Counted from the stretch's first letter, positions 39,897-51,558 are shown. The stretch: DNA of 64,000 nt from Candidatus Parcubacteria bacterium (GCA_023132155.1 JAGLYP010000026.1:1741-65740); one strand, 5' to 3'. Numbers and translations: made by a program. Notes: generated by a model from the sequence alone, not told the origin.

Positions 39897-41075
39897 ATGG
39901 CTTTTTCAAACAAGAAAAAAAATGAAGATAAAATAGATATTATTAAATTGGTAAATGATATTTTTTATCAAGGCATAGAAGAGGGGGCAAGCGATATCCA
40001 TATTCAGCCGTTTAAAGACGGGATTATAGTGCGTTATCGTATTGATGGAATTTTAAGAACGGTATTTGAAGGTGATAAAGGTTTAAGTGATTTTATGTTT
40101 TCGCGCATTAAAATTTTAGCGGATATGGAAACAACAGGATTGCCGCGCCCGCAAGAAGGAAATATTAAATTTAAATTTAATGAAAATCATGTTGATTTGC
40201 GCGTATCTATTTTTCCAACCAGCCAGGGAGAAGCGGTGGTGGTGCGTATTTTAGAAAGTAAAAAGTTTTTTAAAGAATATAATGATTTGGGGTTTAACGC
40301 TGAGCAAACAGCAGCTTTGGAAAAAATTACAAAAAAGCCATACGGATTAATTTTGGTTACAGGCCCTAATGGCAGCGGAAAATCAACAACGCTTTTTACC
40401 GTATTAAATAAGCTTAACATTCCTGAAAAAAGCTTGGTTACTTTAGAGGATCCTGTTGAAAGAAAAATAGATATGGTTAGGCAAACCAATATTAATCCGG
40501 CAATCGGATTAACTTTTGCCAAAGGATTAAAATATTTGTTAAGGCAGGATCCCGATGTTTTGATGGTGGGAGAGATTCGCGATAAAGAAACAGCGAATAT
40601 AGCCGTGCAGGCCGCCGTAACCGGACATTTGGTTTTGGCGACAATTCACACAAATAACGCGGCCGGCGCTATTGTTCGTTTAATTAATATGGGAATTGAA
40701 CCGTTTTTATTATCTTCAGCCTTAAAATTTGTTTCAGCGCAAAGATTGGCAAGAACAAATTGTCCGCATTGTAAAAAAGAATATCGCCCTTCTAAAGAAC
40801 TAATTGATATTCTTGGCGCTCCGCGAGGAATTAAATTTTATCATTCAGAAGGCTGTGATGAGTGCGGCGGCAAAGGCATGAAGGGCAGGCAAGGGATTCA
40901 TGAGGTATTGTTAATTTCCAAATCAGTTCAGGAATTGATTTTACAGCGGCCATCCGATGATCATATTAATAATTTGGCCGTAAAAGAAGGAATGGCAACA
41001 TTAAGGCAGGCCGCGCTGCAAAATGTTTATAGTGGAAATATCAGCATTGAAGAAGCGATCAGGCTCACGGAATAA
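39897..41075 (+). CDS. GspE/PulE/PilB-family pilus assembly ATPase (short N-terminus)
   Basis: ASDIHIQP, GPNGSGKSTT, TLEDPVE, LRQDPDV.MVGEIRD, TGHLV.ATIH, tetracysteine motif. Confidence 0.92.
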   Translation: MAFSNKKKNEDKIDIIKLVNDIFYQGIEEGASDIHIQPFKDGIIVRYRIDGILRTVFEGDKGLSDFMFSRIKILADMETTGLPRPQEGNIKFKFNENHVDLRVSIFPTSQGEAVVVRILESKKFFKEYNDLGFNAEQTAALEKITKKPYGLILVTGPNGSGKSTTLFTVLNKLNIPEKSLVTLEDPVERKIDMVRQTNINPAIGLTFAKGLKYLLRQDPDVLMVGEIRDKETANIAVQAAVTGHLVLATIHTNNAAGAIVRLINMGIEPFLLSSALKFVSAQRLARTNCPHCKKEYRPSKELIDILGAPRGIKFYHSEGCDECGGKGMKGRQGIHEVLLISKSVQELILQRPSDDHINNLAVKEGMATLRQAALQNVYSGNISIEEAIRLTE

Positions 41076-41190
41076 TGAATAATTAAAAATTAAGAATTAA
41101 TAATTAACAATTAAAATCACATTCTCGTTCTGCTTTTAAATTTTATTTTTAAGTATTGTGTGGTGCGTGATGCGTGTTTAGAAAAAAATT

Positions 41191-41757
41191 ATGTCTACAG
41201 TGTTAATAGTTGTGCTAATAGTGATTGGCGCTTTGGCGATAATTGCTATTGGAATGTATAATAGTTTGATTCGCTTAAAGAATCGCGTAGATGAGGCTTG
41301 GAGCGATATTGACGTGCAATTAAAACGCCGTTACGATTTAATTCCAAATTTAATTGAAACGGTTAAGGGTTACGCGAGCCATGAAAAGGAAACTTTTGAA
41401 AAAGTTACCAGGGCTAGAACCGAAGCTATGTCTGCCCAAAAATCAGGAGATGCCAAGGCTCAGGCTCAAGCGGAAAATATGCTTAGCTCAACTTTAAAAT
41501 CTATTTTCGCTTTAAGCGAAAATTATCCGGATTTAAAAGCGAATACTAATTTTTTGGAATTACAGCGTGAATTAAGTGACACGGAAAACAAAATTCAAGC
41601 ATCAAGAAGATTTTATAATGGCAATGTTCGCGATTTTAATATAAAACTTGAAATTTTTCCAACTAATATTATCGGTAATATGCTTGGGTTTAAATCTCGC
41701 GATTATTTTGAAATAGCCGATGAAAGAGAACGAAGTAACGTTAAAGTGAAGTTTTAA
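41191..41757 (+). CDS. lemA: LemA family protein
   Basis: N-terminal TM; AWSDIDVQLKRRYDLIPNL; ENYPDLKAN. Confidence 0.95.
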   Translation: MSTVLIVVLIVIGALAIIAIGMYNSLIRLKNRVDEAWSDIDVQLKRRYDLIPNLIETVKGYASHEKETFEKVTRARTEAMSAQKSGDAKAQAQAENMLSSTLKSIFALSENYPDLKANTNFLELQRELSDTENKIQASRRFYNGNVRDFNIKLEIFPTNIIGNMLGFKSRDYFEIADERERSNVKVKF

Positions 41758-41796
41758 GGGTTTTTAACGTGTAAGTTTTGAATGAAATTTATAGAT

Positions 41797-42717
41797 ATGC
41801 CAACACTCTATAATCACTCAGACTCAAATAAACGAAAAACCTGGCTTTTGCTGTCCGGTTTTTTGATTTTTGTTATCTTAGTCGGATATATTTTTAGCGT
41901 TGCCATGGAAAGCCCTATCATCTTGTATTTTGTTGTTGGCTTTAGCATAATTTCAGCATTTGTCAGTTATTGGTGGAGTGATAAAATTGTTTTATCAATG
42001 TCTGACGCCAAGCCCGTGAAATTTGATGATAACAAAGAATTGTATAGAATAGTTGAAAATCTTTGCATTACCGCAGGACTGCCGGTGCCAAAGATATACA
42101 TTATAAACGATACCGCTCCTAATGCGTTTGCTACCGGACGCGATCCCGAGCACGCGGTTGTTGCGGTAACCGCCGGTCTTTTGCAAAAACTGGACAGAAG
42201 CGAATTGGAGGGCGTAATCGCGCATGAGCTTTCCCACATAGGGAACAGGGATATTCTGCTCGCTACCGTAGTTACGGTTTTAGTCGGCGTTGTCGTGCTT
42301 TTGGCTGATTGGTTCAGGCGCTGGACTTTTTGGGGCGGGGCAAGGAGAAGAAATAATGAAAAAGGCGGACAATTACAGCTTGTTATAATGATTATCGCGA
42401 TTATTTTATCTATTTTAGCGCCGATTTTCGTTTATATGATGCAATTTGCGATTTCCCGCAAACGAGAATTTTTGGCCGACGCTGACGGTGCTTTGCTGAC
42501 CCGCTATCCCGAAGGACTGGCGCGCGCTTTGGAAAAAATATCAGCAGATACTGAGCCTCTGGAAGTTGCTAATCGGGCAACAGCACATCTTTATATTTCT
42601 TCGCCGTTTGAGGGCAAAAGAGATAGGCGGGATAAGAAGAGTTTTTTTAAGAAGGCTTTTATGACACATCCGCCAGTTAAAGAAAGGGTTGCGGCTTTGA
42701 GGGGGATGGAGATTTAA
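41797..42717 (+). CDS. htpX: Zinc metalloprotease HtpX (M48)
   Basis: PNAFATGR, HELSH, SR.REF.AD, THPP; alternative start at 41782. Confidence 0.93.
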   Translation: MPTLYNHSDSNKRKTWLLLSGFLIFVILVGYIFSVAMESPIILYFVVGFSIISAFVSYWWSDKIVLSMSDAKPVKFDDNKELYRIVENLCITAGLPVPKIYIINDTAPNAFATGRDPEHAVVAVTAGLLQKLDRSELEGVIAHELSHIGNRDILLATVVTVLVGVVVLLADWFRRWTFWGGARRRNNEKGGQLQLVIMIIAIILSILAPIFVYMMQFAISRKREFLADADGALLTRYPEGLARALEKISADTEPLEVANRATAHLYISSPFEGKRDRRDKKSFFKKAFMTHPPVKERVAALRGMEI

Positions 42718-42777
42718 TTATCAATTTTCAATTAGGAATTAAAAATTAAAAATTATTTAAAAGCTAATTAAAAAACC

Positions 42778-44223
42778 ATGAAAATAAAATTATCAGAAAA
42801 AAAATTAAAAGACATCAAAGCGGATTGCGAGATTGTTTTTGTTGTGAACAAAAATTTAGGACACAAATTTATTCGCGATAAAGAGATTTTAAATGAAATG
42901 AATTTTAAGGGCAAGGCTGATGAGGTTTTGTTGTTGCCGGAAAAGAAGAGAATGTATGTTGGGATTGGCGATTTAGAGCTTGAAAGTTTGCGTTGCGCGA
43001 CAGCGTTAGCGGCGCGAACTATCGTGAAAAGCAAAATCACGTCATTAAAAATCGCTTTATATTTTGCTGATGATGCTGGGAGAGGAATTAAAGCTTTAAG
43101 CGAGGGATTTTTGCTTGGCGCTTACAGCTACCAAAAATACAAATCAAAACCTACGAAAAATAACATTAAACAAATAATAATTTCCAGTGAAAATTATTAT
43201 AATAAAAAAATTGAAATAAAAAATTTAGAAGAAAAAATCAAAGAAGCCGAAATTATTTCTAAGAGCGTAAATTTTGTCCGTGATATCGTGAATGAGCCGC
43301 CGTCTGATTTGACTCCGTTAAAATTTTCTGAAATCGCAAAGGCGGAAGCGAAGGAAAACAATTTAACAATAAAAATTTTAGGCAAAAAAGAATTGGAAAA
43401 ATTGGGAATGGGAGCGTTTTTGGCGGTTAATCAGGCGAGTGCTTATCCGCCGTGGCTTATATATTTGAATTATAAACCCAAAAACGCGAAAAAGAAGATT
43501 ATATTAGTCGGCAAGGGTTTGACTTATGATACCGGCGGACTGAGTTTAAAATTGGGCGACGGCATGCTGACGATGAAAATGGATATGGGCGGAGCTGGCG
43601 CGATTTTGGGAGTAATTATGGCAATAAGCCAATTAAAATTGCCAATTGAAGTTCAGGCGATTATCGGCGCTACGGAAAACGCGATTGGCAAAGACGCGTA
43701 TAAGCCGGATGATGTTTTAAAAGCAATGAATGGAAAAACAATTGAAGTGAGGGATACTGACGCGGAAGGCAGGCTGGTTTTGGCTGATTGTTTGTGTTAC
43801 GCGCAAAAAGAAAATTTTGATTATATTATTGATATAGCCACGCTGACCGGAGCATCTATGGTTGCTTTGGGCGAATACACAAGCGCGGTTATGGGGTTTA
43901 ATCAAGACTTGAATCATAAAATATTAAAATCAGCGGAAAAATCGGGGGAGCTTGTCGGCATTTTGCCGTTTAATAAATATTTGCCTAAATTATTAAAAAG
44001 CGAAATTGCGGATATTAATAATCTTCCTTCTTCCAGATATGGCAGAGCAATTACAGCCGGACTGTTTTTAGGAGAATTTATTGAAAAAAGGAATAAGAAA
44101 AAATGGGCGCATATTGATATCGCCGGTCCGGCTTTTAAAGACAAACCTTGGGGAGTAAATCCGGTTGGCGCCAGCGGAGCCGGAACGCGCTTGTTAATTG
44201 AATGGATTAAGGGTGTTTTGTAA
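42778..44223 (+). CDS. pepA: Leucyl aminopeptidase (M17)
   Basis: VGKGLTYDTGG, MKMDMGGA, DTDAEGRL.LAD, ATLTGA, HIDIAG. Confidence 0.95.
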   Translation: MKIKLSEKKLKDIKADCEIVFVVNKNLGHKFIRDKEILNEMNFKGKADEVLLLPEKKRMYVGIGDLELESLRCATALAARTIVKSKITSLKIALYFADDAGRGIKALSEGFLLGAYSYQKYKSKPTKNNIKQIIISSENYYNKKIEIKNLEEKIKEAEIISKSVNFVRDIVNEPPSDLTPLKFSEIAKAEAKENNLTIKILGKKELEKLGMGAFLAVNQASAYPPWLIYLNYKPKNAKKKIILVGKGLTYDTGGLSLKLGDGMLTMKMDMGGAGAILGVIMAISQLKLPIEVQAIIGATENAIGKDAYKPDDVLKAMNGKTIEVRDTDAEGRLVLADCLCYAQKENFDYIIDIATLTGASMVALGEYTSAVMGFNQDLNHKILKSAEKSGELVGILPFNKYLPKLLKSEIADINNLPSSRYGRAITAGLFLGEFIEKRNKKKWAHIDIAGPAFKDKPWGVNPVGASGAGTRLLIEWIKGVL

Positions 44224-44231
44224 ATTGGATA

Positions 44232-44277
44232 AAAAAATTGTAGGGAACAAAAATTTTTGTTTCTTACAATTTTTTTG
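44232..44277. repeat. GTAG-type palindrome / terminator
   Basis: aaaaaattgtagggaacaaaaa-tttttgtttcttacaattttttt, similar to the 30962-30990 core. Confidence 0.6.
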
Positions 44278-44369
44278 ATTTGATTTTTTTAGGGATAAGT
44301 AATATAATGAATATGTTTTATTTCTGCGAATTAATAATTTTTAACTCTTAATTCTTAATTTATATAAGT

Positions 44370-47207
44370 ATGAGTTTTTTAGATAAAATATTTGGTGATC
44401 CAAATGAAAAAGCAGTAAAAAATTTAAATCCGATTGTTGATGAGATTAATTCTCTGGAAAAAAGATTTGAAAAGATGAGCGATGATGAGTTAAAGGCAAT
44501 GACTCTTGATTTTAAGGATCGTTTGGAAAAAAGCGAGAACGCGGATGAGGCGCTTGATGAAATATTACCCGAGGCTTTCGCTGTTGTCAGGGAGGCAAGC
44601 AAGCGGATTTTAGGAATGCGCCATTTTGACGTACAATTAATCGGCGGCATAATTTTGCATCGAGGCAAGATTGCCGAGATGAAAACCGGTGAAGGTAAAA
44701 CCTTGACCGCGACTCTTCCTCTTTATTTAAACGCTTTAACCGGCAAAGGCGCGCAGTTGATTACCGTAAATGATTATTTGTCGCAAGTTGGCGCCGGTTG
44801 GATGGCAAAAGTGTATTATTCCCTCGGAGTTAGTGTCGGCGTAATTATTCATGATGCCGCGCTTGTGTATGATCCCGAATTTAGCGATGAGTCGCAATAT
44901 GATGAAAGGCTTAAGCATTTTCGTAAAATTGAGCGTAAAGAGGCTTATAATTGCGACATTGTTTATGGAACAAATAATGAATTCGGTTTTGATTATTTAA
45001 GGGATAATATGGCGCAAAATTTAAGCGATCAAGCGCAAAGAGATTTGAATTACGTTATTGTTGATGAGATTGATTCTATTTTAATTGATGAAGCGCGCAC
45101 GCCTTTGATTATCAGCGCCCCGGCGGAAGAATCAACCGACAGGTATTATAAATTCGCGCAATTAGTGGGAAGACTTAAAGAAAATGAGGATTATAATGTT
45201 GATGAAAAAATGAAAGCAGCGACTTTGACTGAGAGCGGAATAACACGTATGGAAAAGTGGCTTGGAGTGGATAATATTTATACAACCGGCGGCATTCGCG
45301 AAGTGCATCATATTGAGCAGGCGCTAAAGGCGCATACGCTTTTTAAAAAAGACAGGGATTATGTGGTACAAGAAGGCGAGGTGATAATTGTTGATGAATT
45401 TACGGGGCGCTTAATGCACGGCCGCAGGTATAGCGAGGGCTTGCATCAGGCGATTGAAGCCAAAGAAGGCGTAAAGATTCAGCGCGAATCACAGACTTTG
45501 GCGACAATTACTTTTCAAAATTATTTTCGCATGTATAAAAAATTGTCCGGTATGACCGGTACGGCCGCCACCGAAGCGGAAGAATTTTCAAAAATTTATA
45601 AATTAGATACGGTAATTATCCCAACGCATAAGCCCAATATACGCGACAATAAAAACGATTTGATTTATCGTTCTGAAGAAGGCAAATATAAAGCCGTTAT
45701 TGATGACGTAAAAAAGCGCTCAGAGCTTGGGCAGCCGATTTTGGTGGGTACGATTTCAATTCAAAAAAATGAACTTTTGTCTTCAATGATGGAGCGCAAG
45801 GGTTTGAAGCCGAATATTTTGAATGCGAAAAACCATGAAAAAGAAGCTCGTTTTATTGCCGAGGCCGGCGAGCCGGGAGCGATTACAATTGCCACTAATA
45901 TGGCGGGCAGGGGAGTTGATATTGTTCTTGGCGGCGTAGAACCTGCAAAGAATACACCTGAATATGAAGCATGGCAAAAAGAACATGAGAAAGTGATAAA
46001 AGCTGGGGGCTTGCATGTGATTGGTACGGAGCGGCATGAATCGCGCCGGATAGATAATCAATTAAGGGGGCGCGCCGGACGGCAGGGCGATGCCGGTTCC
46101 TCGCGGTTTTATGTTTCCATGGAGGATGATTTGATGAGGATATTCGGCGGGGATCGTATGAAGAATATTATGACCACTTTGAATGTTCCCGAGGATATGC
46201 CGATTGAGAACCGCTTGATTTCCCGTTCAATAGAATCGGCGCAGAAAAAAGTGGAAGGCAATAATTTTGATATCAGAAAGCATTTGGTTGAATATGATGA
46301 TGTAATTAATAAGCACAGAGAGTCAATATATGGCAAAAGAAAACGGATTTTGAAAATCGCGGAAAATAAAGAAGAAGAGATAATAAAAAATTCAGATTCA
46401 GATATTCAAAACAACAAAAAACAATATAATTCTCTTTCGGAAATTATTTTGGAAAATATAGAGGGCGAAATTGAGCAGGTAGTAAGTTTTCATACTGCCG
46501 CGGAGTATATTAAAGATTGGAATTTAGATGAAATTTCGCAGGTTGTATCAACTATTTTTCCTGTAGAAGAAAACTTAAAAGGCGATATTAGCAAATTTAT
46601 TGAAAATAATAACAAACTTGATAAAGTAAAAGCGCGTACGGCAATGATTGAACATTTGACTGCGATGGCCGAAAAGAAATATAAAGAAATGGCGGATGTG
46701 GCAAAAGAATTGAATATTGATTGGGTGAGATTGGAAAAATCGGTTTTGATTCGTTCAATTGATACGCTTTGGGTTGAGCATCTGGAGGCAATGGCAAGCG
46801 TTCGGCAAGGAATCGGCCTTAGGGGCTATGGCCAGCGCGATCCATTGGTAGAGTACAAAAAAGAGGCTTATCGCCTTTATAATGAGCTTAATAATTTAAT
46901 TAACAAGGAAACAGTTTATTCCATATATAAAGTCGGCAATGCCCAGCAAGAGGCGATTGTTCGCCAATTTAACGCGCCAAGTCTTATTGATTTGGCAAAA
47001 AATTTCAGCGCTCCGGCAAAAACGGCTGGCGGCAGCACGTCTTCTTTTTCCGGATTCGGCTCAGGTGACAATAAAAACAATGGCAGCGCAAGCGTTTTTT
47101 CCGAGCCGCAGGCAAAAGCCAGAGATGAAAGCGGAAAAAAAGTCGGCCGTAACGATCCTTGTCCGTGCGGAAGCGGGAAGAAGTATAAGAAGTGCTGCGG
47201 GGCATAA
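44370..47207 (+). CDS. secA: Protein translocase subunit SecA
   Basis: [42 protein letters not shown]-terminal [18 protein letters not shown]. Confidence 0.98.
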   Translation: MSFLDKIFGDPNEKAVKNLNPIVDEINSLEKRFEKMSDDELKAMTLDFKDRLEKSENADEALDEILPEAFAVVREASKRILGMRHFDVQLIGGIILHRGKIAEMKTGEGKTLTATLPLYLNALTGKGAQLITVNDYLSQVGAGWMAKVYYSLGVSVGVIIHDAALVYDPEFSDESQYDERLKHFRKIERKEAYNCDIVYGTNNEFGFDYLRDNMAQNLSDQAQRDLNYVIVDEIDSILIDEARTPLIISAPAEESTDRYYKFAQLVGRLKENEDYNVDEKMKAATLTESGITRMEKWLGVDNIYTTGGIREVHHIEQALKAHTLFKKDRDYVVQEGEVIIVDEFTGRLMHGRRYSEGLHQAIEAKEGVKIQRESQTLATITFQNYFRMYKKLSGMTGTAATEAEEFSKIYKLDTVIIPTHKPNIRDNKNDLIYRSEEGKYKAVIDDVKKRSELGQPILVGTISIQKNELLSSMMERKGLKPNILNAKNHEKEARFIAEAGEPGAITIATNMAGRGVDIVLGGVEPAKNTPEYEAWQKEHEKVIKAGGLHVIGTERHESRRIDNQLRGRAGRQGDAGSSRFYVSMEDDLMRIFGGDRMKNIMTTLNVPEDMPIENRLISRSIESAQKKVEGNNFDIRKHLVEYDDVINKHRESIYGKRKRILKIAENKEEEIIKNSDSDIQNNKKQYNSLSEIILENIEGEIEQVVSFHTAAEYIKDWNLDEISQVVSTIFPVEENLKGDISKFIENNNKLDKVKARTAMIEHLTAMAEKKYKEMADVAKELNIDWVRLEKSVLIRSIDTLWVEHLEAMASVRQGIGLRGYGQRDPLVEYKKEAYRLYNELNNLINKETVYSIYKVGNAQQEAIVRQFNAPSLIDLAKNFSAPAKTAGGSTSSFSGFGSGDNKNNGSASVFSEPQAKARDESGKKVGRNDPCPCGSGKKYKKCCGA

Positions 47208-47325
47208 TAAGGACATTCTGTCAATATTGCAATTTATTTAATATTAGTTTAAAATAATCATAGTTATTAATAATACCTAAGTTGTAGGTATTATTGTTTT
47301 TATTAAATTATTTAATGTTTATTTT

Positions 47326-49404
47326 ATGGCTAGCTTAGCGGAAAAAATATTTAAACCATCTGCCAGAGGCAAAATCTGGCGCGTTTTTTTAGTTATTATT
47401 TTATTGGTTTTTATCGGCGGTCTTGTAGATGTTGGTAATTATTATAATAAAGGCACAGATTATATTGCTTGGAAAACCAATGGAACGATTAAGTTGCCAA
47501 AGACAAAGGAAATTCCTTTTCGTTTAGGGCTTGATCTACAAGGCGGCAGCCATCTTGTGTATGAAGCTGATATGTCGGAGATTCCAGATAGCGATAGATC
47601 CGGAGCGTTGGAGGGTGTAAGAGACGTAATTGAAAGAAGAGTTAATGTTTTCGGCGTAAGCGAACCATTAATACAAACCAGTCTTTCTGGCGGTAACTAC
47701 CGTATCATTGTGGAATTAGCCGGTATCAAGGACGTGGGTGAGGCAATCAAAATGATTGGAGAAACTCCTTTGCTTGAATTTAAAGAAGAGACCCAGGAAA
47801 TTAGAGAGCTAACCGAAGAAGAGCAAAAAACCATGGAAAAATATAATACAGAGGCGGATAAAAAAGCGGAAGATGTGTTTGGCAAGTTATTGTCAGGAGG
47901 AGATTTTGACGCTTTGGCCAAAGAATATAGCGACGATCAAAATACAAAAGAAACCGGCGGGGATTTGGGCTGGATAACGGAAAAAGAAGCGCCGCAAATT
48001 ATTGCCAAAATCAAGGATTTTGAAATTGGGCAAATAAGCGAGGATTTGGAAAAGGAAGAATTGGGTTATGATATTTTAAAATTGGAAGATAAGCGCTTGC
48101 GCGTTAATCCTTTTGATGAAAGCGAAGTGGAAAAAGAAGTTAAAGCTTCGCATCTATTGCTTTGCCACAATGAAGTTGAAAATTGCGAAAACGGTTTAAG
48201 CAAGGACGAGGCTTACGCGAAAATTAAAGAAATAAAAGCGCGAGCCACTCCTGAGAATTTTGCCGGTTTAATAAAAGAGCACTCAACCGAACCCGGAGCC
48301 GACACTCGCGCCGGAGATTTGGGCTGGTTTGCCAAGGGAGCGATGGTAAAGCCTTTTGAGGACACTGTTTTTGACCAAGAGACAGGAACAATTTCTTATG
48401 TTATTGAAACGCAGTTTGGTTATCATTTGATTTATAAACAAGCCGAAAGGGATATTTATGAGTATAAAATAAGGCGTTTGTTTATCCGTATTTTAACTGA
48501 ACGAGATATAATCGGCGATCAAAAAGAATGGAAATTAACGGAATTAACAGGAAAAAATTTAGAGCGCGCGGCGGTGCAATTTGACCCAAATGACAATAGT
48601 CCGATTGTCAGTTTGGAATTTGACAGCGAAGGCGCGGATTTGTTCGCGGACATTACCGAAAGGAATGTCGGCAAGCCCGTAGCGATATTTTTAGACGGCG
48701 AGCCGATAAGCACTCCGAATGTTAATGAAAAAATTACCGGCGGCAAAGCGGTTATATCCGGTAAATTTAATATCCAAGAAGCGAAATTATTAGCCCAAAG
48801 GCTTAACGCCGGCGCCTTGCCGGTTCCGATTGAACTTGTCGGCCAGCAGACAGTCGGAGCCAGCCTGGGCAAGATTTTTTTGGAATCAAGTTTGAAGGCC
48901 GGATTAATCGGATTAATATTGGTGGCGTTTTTTATGATTTTTTATTATCGTTTGCCTGGGATTTTCGCGGTTATATCATTGGCGATTTACGGTATATTGG
49001 TTTTGGCGATATTTAAGCTTTGGCCGGTAACATTGACCTTGTCAGGCATGGCCGGATTTATTCTTTCAATCGGCATGGCGGTTGACGCGAATGTCTTGAT
49101 TTTTGAGCGCTTAAAAGAAGAGCTTAAGTCGGGCCGACCTTTAATTTTGGCAATTGAAGATTCTTTTTTGCGCGCATGGCCGTCAATTCGCGATGGCAAT
49201 GTTTCCACTTTGGTTACTTGTCTTATTTTGATTTGGTTTTCAACCGGCGTGGTAAAAGGCTTTGCCATTACTTTGGGTCTGGGTATTTTAGTGTCAATGT
49301 TTTCGGCAATAGTGATTACCAGAAATTTATTGTGGCTTTTTAAGCCTGAGTGGCTGGAAAAAAGGATGTGGCTGATCAGTGGCGGGGTTAAAATTAAGAA
49401 TTAA
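47326..49404 (+). CDS. secD: SecD with inserted parvulin-type PPIase domains
   Basis: LGLDLQGG, IERRVN.FGVSEP, LNAGALP, GMAVDANVLIFER; insert with two GGDLGW/GDLGWF motifs, KASHLL and ETQFGYHLI. Confidence 0.93.
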   Translation: MASLAEKIFKPSARGKIWRVFLVIILLVFIGGLVDVGNYYNKGTDYIAWKTNGTIKLPKTKEIPFRLGLDLQGGSHLVYEADMSEIPDSDRSGALEGVRDVIERRVNVFGVSEPLIQTSLSGGNYRIIVELAGIKDVGEAIKMIGETPLLEFKEETQEIRELTEEEQKTMEKYNTEADKKAEDVFGKLLSGGDFDALAKEYSDDQNTKETGGDLGWITEKEAPQIIAKIKDFEIGQISEDLEKEELGYDILKLEDKRLRVNPFDESEVEKEVKASHLLLCHNEVENCENGLSKDEAYAKIKEIKARATPENFAGLIKEHSTEPGADTRAGDLGWFAKGAMVKPFEDTVFDQETGTISYVIETQFGYHLIYKQAERDIYEYKIRRLFIRILTERDIIGDQKEWKLTELTGKNLERAAVQFDPNDNSPIVSLEFDSEGADLFADITERNVGKPVAIFLDGEPISTPNVNEKITGGKAVISGKFNIQEAKLLAQRLNAGALPVPIELVGQQTVGASLGKIFLESSLKAGLIGLILVAFFMIFYYRLPGIFAVISLAIYGILVLAIFKLWPVTLTLSGMAGFILSIGMAVDANVLIFERLKEELKSGRPLILAIEDSFLRAWPSIRDGNVSTLVTCLILIWFSTGVVKGFAITLGLGILVSMFSAIVITRNLLWLFKPEWLEKRMWLISGGVKIKN

Positions 49405-49448
49405 GAATTAAGAATTAATAATTCAATAATTCTAATTATTTAAATTAT

Positions 49449-50384
49449 ATGATTAAGATTATTCAAAAAAGAAATATTTGGCTTAGTTTTTCAGGCGTTT
49501 TGGTTGCAGTTTCAATTATCGCACTTGCGGTTTTCGGTTTGAATCTTGGTATTGATTTTACAGGCGGCAGCCTTTTAGAGCTTAAATTTTTAAATGAAAG
49601 GCCTGCGGTAAACGATATTCAGCAGTCTGTGGCTGATTTGGAACTAGGCAGTTTGGTTGTTCAGCCTGTTGACGAGCAAAATGTTATTTTAAGATTTCAG
49701 GAGACAAGCGAGGAAAAACATCAGGAAGTTTTAAAAAGGCTTGATCAAATTGGAATGGAAACAGAAGCGGAAGAAGCGATTAAAGAAGAAACATCAGGCT
49801 TTAAAAACATTGAAGAACTTCGTTTTGATTCTGTGGGTCCGACAATCGGACAAGAGCTGAAAAGCAAATCAGTGTCAGCGGCTATTATCGTGTTAATTGC
49901 GATTGTTTTATATATTGCATGGATTTTTCGCAAAGTTTCCAAACCTGTTGAATCATGGAAATACGGAGTGTCAGCCATTATCGCGTTGTTTCATGATTTG
50001 ATTATAACTTTGGGCATATTTGCCTGTTTGGGGCATTATATGAATGTTGAATTAAATACAGCTTTTGTCGCGGCTATGCTTATGATTTTAGGCTATAGCG
50101 TTAATGACACAATCGTGGTTTTTGATCGGATTAGAGAAAATCTGCCAAAGAGCGAAGAGGATTTTGAAGGCACTGTCAACACAAGCGTTAACCAAACCAT
50201 CAAGCGATCTATCAATACTTCTTTTACCACTTTATTGGTTTTGCTATCTATTTTCTTTTTTGGCGGCGCCACAATCCGCGATTTTGTCCTGGCTTTGTCA
50301 TTCGGCGTATTAATCGGAACTTATTCTTCAATTTTTTTAGCAAGTCCGGTGTTGGTTTTGTGGGAGAGATTTGGGAGGAAGTAG
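49449..50384 (+). CDS. secF: Protein translocase subunit SecF
   Basis: LGIDFTGG, VGPTIG, GYSVNDTIVVFDRIRE, GTYSSIF. Confidence 0.97.
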   Translation: MIKIIQKRNIWLSFSGVLVAVSIIALAVFGLNLGIDFTGGSLLELKFLNERPAVNDIQQSVADLELGSLVVQPVDEQNVILRFQETSEEKHQEVLKRLDQIGMETEAEEAIKEETSGFKNIEELRFDSVGPTIGQELKSKSVSAAIIVLIAIVLYIAWIFRKVSKPVESWKYGVSAIIALFHDLIITLGIFACLGHYMNVELNTAFVAAMLMILGYSVNDTIVVFDRIRENLPKSEEDFEGTVNTSVNQTIKRSINTSFTTLLVLLSIFFFGGATIRDFVLALSFGVLIGTYSSIFLASPVLVLWERFGRK

Positions 50385-50573
50385 AGGGGATTTATGATTT
50401 GATTTATGATATATTTTTATTTAAGATTAGCTAAAAGATATCAATACTATTTGACAGTATTTTAATAGTATGTTATTGTTGAAAATTAAACAATGGCGTT
50501 TAAGTATCTTGAAAACTAAATAAAAAAACAAGAAAAGAAAAATGACTTTTTAAATTGTATAAAGGAGGATGTA

Positions 50574-51083
50574 ATGAAAGTGAGAATTTTTGACCAAAAA
50601 AAGGCAACAGAAATAAGTTTAAAAGATTTTTTAGAAAATAAAAAAAATTGGAGCAAGGAGGCATTTCATTATTTTGATTTCGTTGATAAAAAATACGGTA
50701 ATTACAAGACGTTTTATTTTATTATTGCAAACAATTCGTTCTGCATAGGAACTGAGTCACTAAGTTCATCAAGTCATCTTAAGCTTTCTGAGAGTTTATA
50801 TAAGATAGACGGCAAGTCTAATGTCTATGGCGGCGGACATATAACGTTTTTGTTATCAGAAAAAAGTAGTAATTTAGTTGTTATTTCTGGTGCATCAGAT
50901 ACTTATAAAAGATGGTGGACAGGAGATGAAATGGCAGGATTTAAGGAAGATGAAAAATTAATAAGAGATTTGGCTGTTTTATTTTCTGCTTCTGTTTATT
51001 CTATGAGCGGACCAAATTATCTGGTTTTACAACGAAATGCCATGCTGGAAAGAGTAAGCATAGGAAAAATAGAGTGTTTATAA
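50574..51083 (+). CDS. Hypothetical protein
   Basis: SD aaggagg before ATG; 169 aa; contains H...GGG.I.....ISGAS..Y. Confidence 0.65.
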   Translation: MKVRIFDQKKATEISLKDFLENKKNWSKEAFHYFDFVDKKYGNYKTFYFIIANNSFCIGTESLSSSSHLKLSESLYKIDGKSNVYGGGHITFLLSEKSSNLVVISGASDTYKRWWTGDEMAGFKEDEKLIRDLAVLFSASVYSMSGPNYLVLQRNAMLERVSIGKIECL

Positions 51084-51132
51084 AAATAAGAAATATAGAC
51101 ATCTAATTCTAACTCTTGTAAGGAGGTAAAAA

Positions 51133-51405
51133 ATGTATTTTCCAGACGATTTTAAGAGAAGATTGAAGGCGGTTTTTCCTGTAGAATATCATGGATATGT
51201 GGATGATGGCGTCTTTTCTGTAACTGAAGGTCAATTAGGCAAGGGGAGCAATTTCTCAATTAACGCGGAAACTATTGTTAAAGCACGTAAAGATGGTCGG
51301 GAAGAAGAGGACATTTTTAACCCGGCTCAAAATGCGGTTAAAATGCGCAAACTGAATAAAGAGTTGGGGCAGCTCTATAAAAAGCAATTTGGCATCTCAG
51401 ATTAA
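51133..51405 (+). CDS. Hypothetical protein
   Basis: SD aaggaggt before ATG; 90 aa; followed by a terminator. Confidence 0.65.
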   Translation: MYFPDDFKRRLKAVFPVEYHGYVDDGVFSVTEGQLGKGSNFSINAETIVKARKDGREEEDIFNPAQNAVKMRKLNKELGQLYKKQFGISD

Positions 51406-51447
51406 GACGCAGAAACTAATTAAGAAATAACAAAAAAAATTATCCTT

Positions 51448-51478
51448 CGGCCAGTTTGCAAAAGCTGGTCGTTTTTTT
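51448..51478 (+). terminator. Intrinsic terminator
   Basis: cggccagttt-gc-aaaagctggtcg followed by a T-tract. Confidence 0.7.
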
Positions 51479-51523
51479 ATTATATGAACAAATAATACCT
51501 AAAATTTAAAATAAATTCAGCGC

Positions 51524-51552
51524 TTGACGTAAAGGCAAGGATAGTATAAATT
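51524..51552 (+). promoter_or_regulatory. Sigma70 promoter for the pro leader
   Basis: TTGACG-N17-TAAATT, ending 6 nt before the leader ATG. Confidence 0.55.
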
Positions 51553-51558
51553 ATAAGC

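Noticed and set aside
49392..49425. Tandem repeats considered as a CRISPR array
   Set aside because: 7-bp tandem units without spacers; no cas genes or repeat-spacer periodicity seen in the window.
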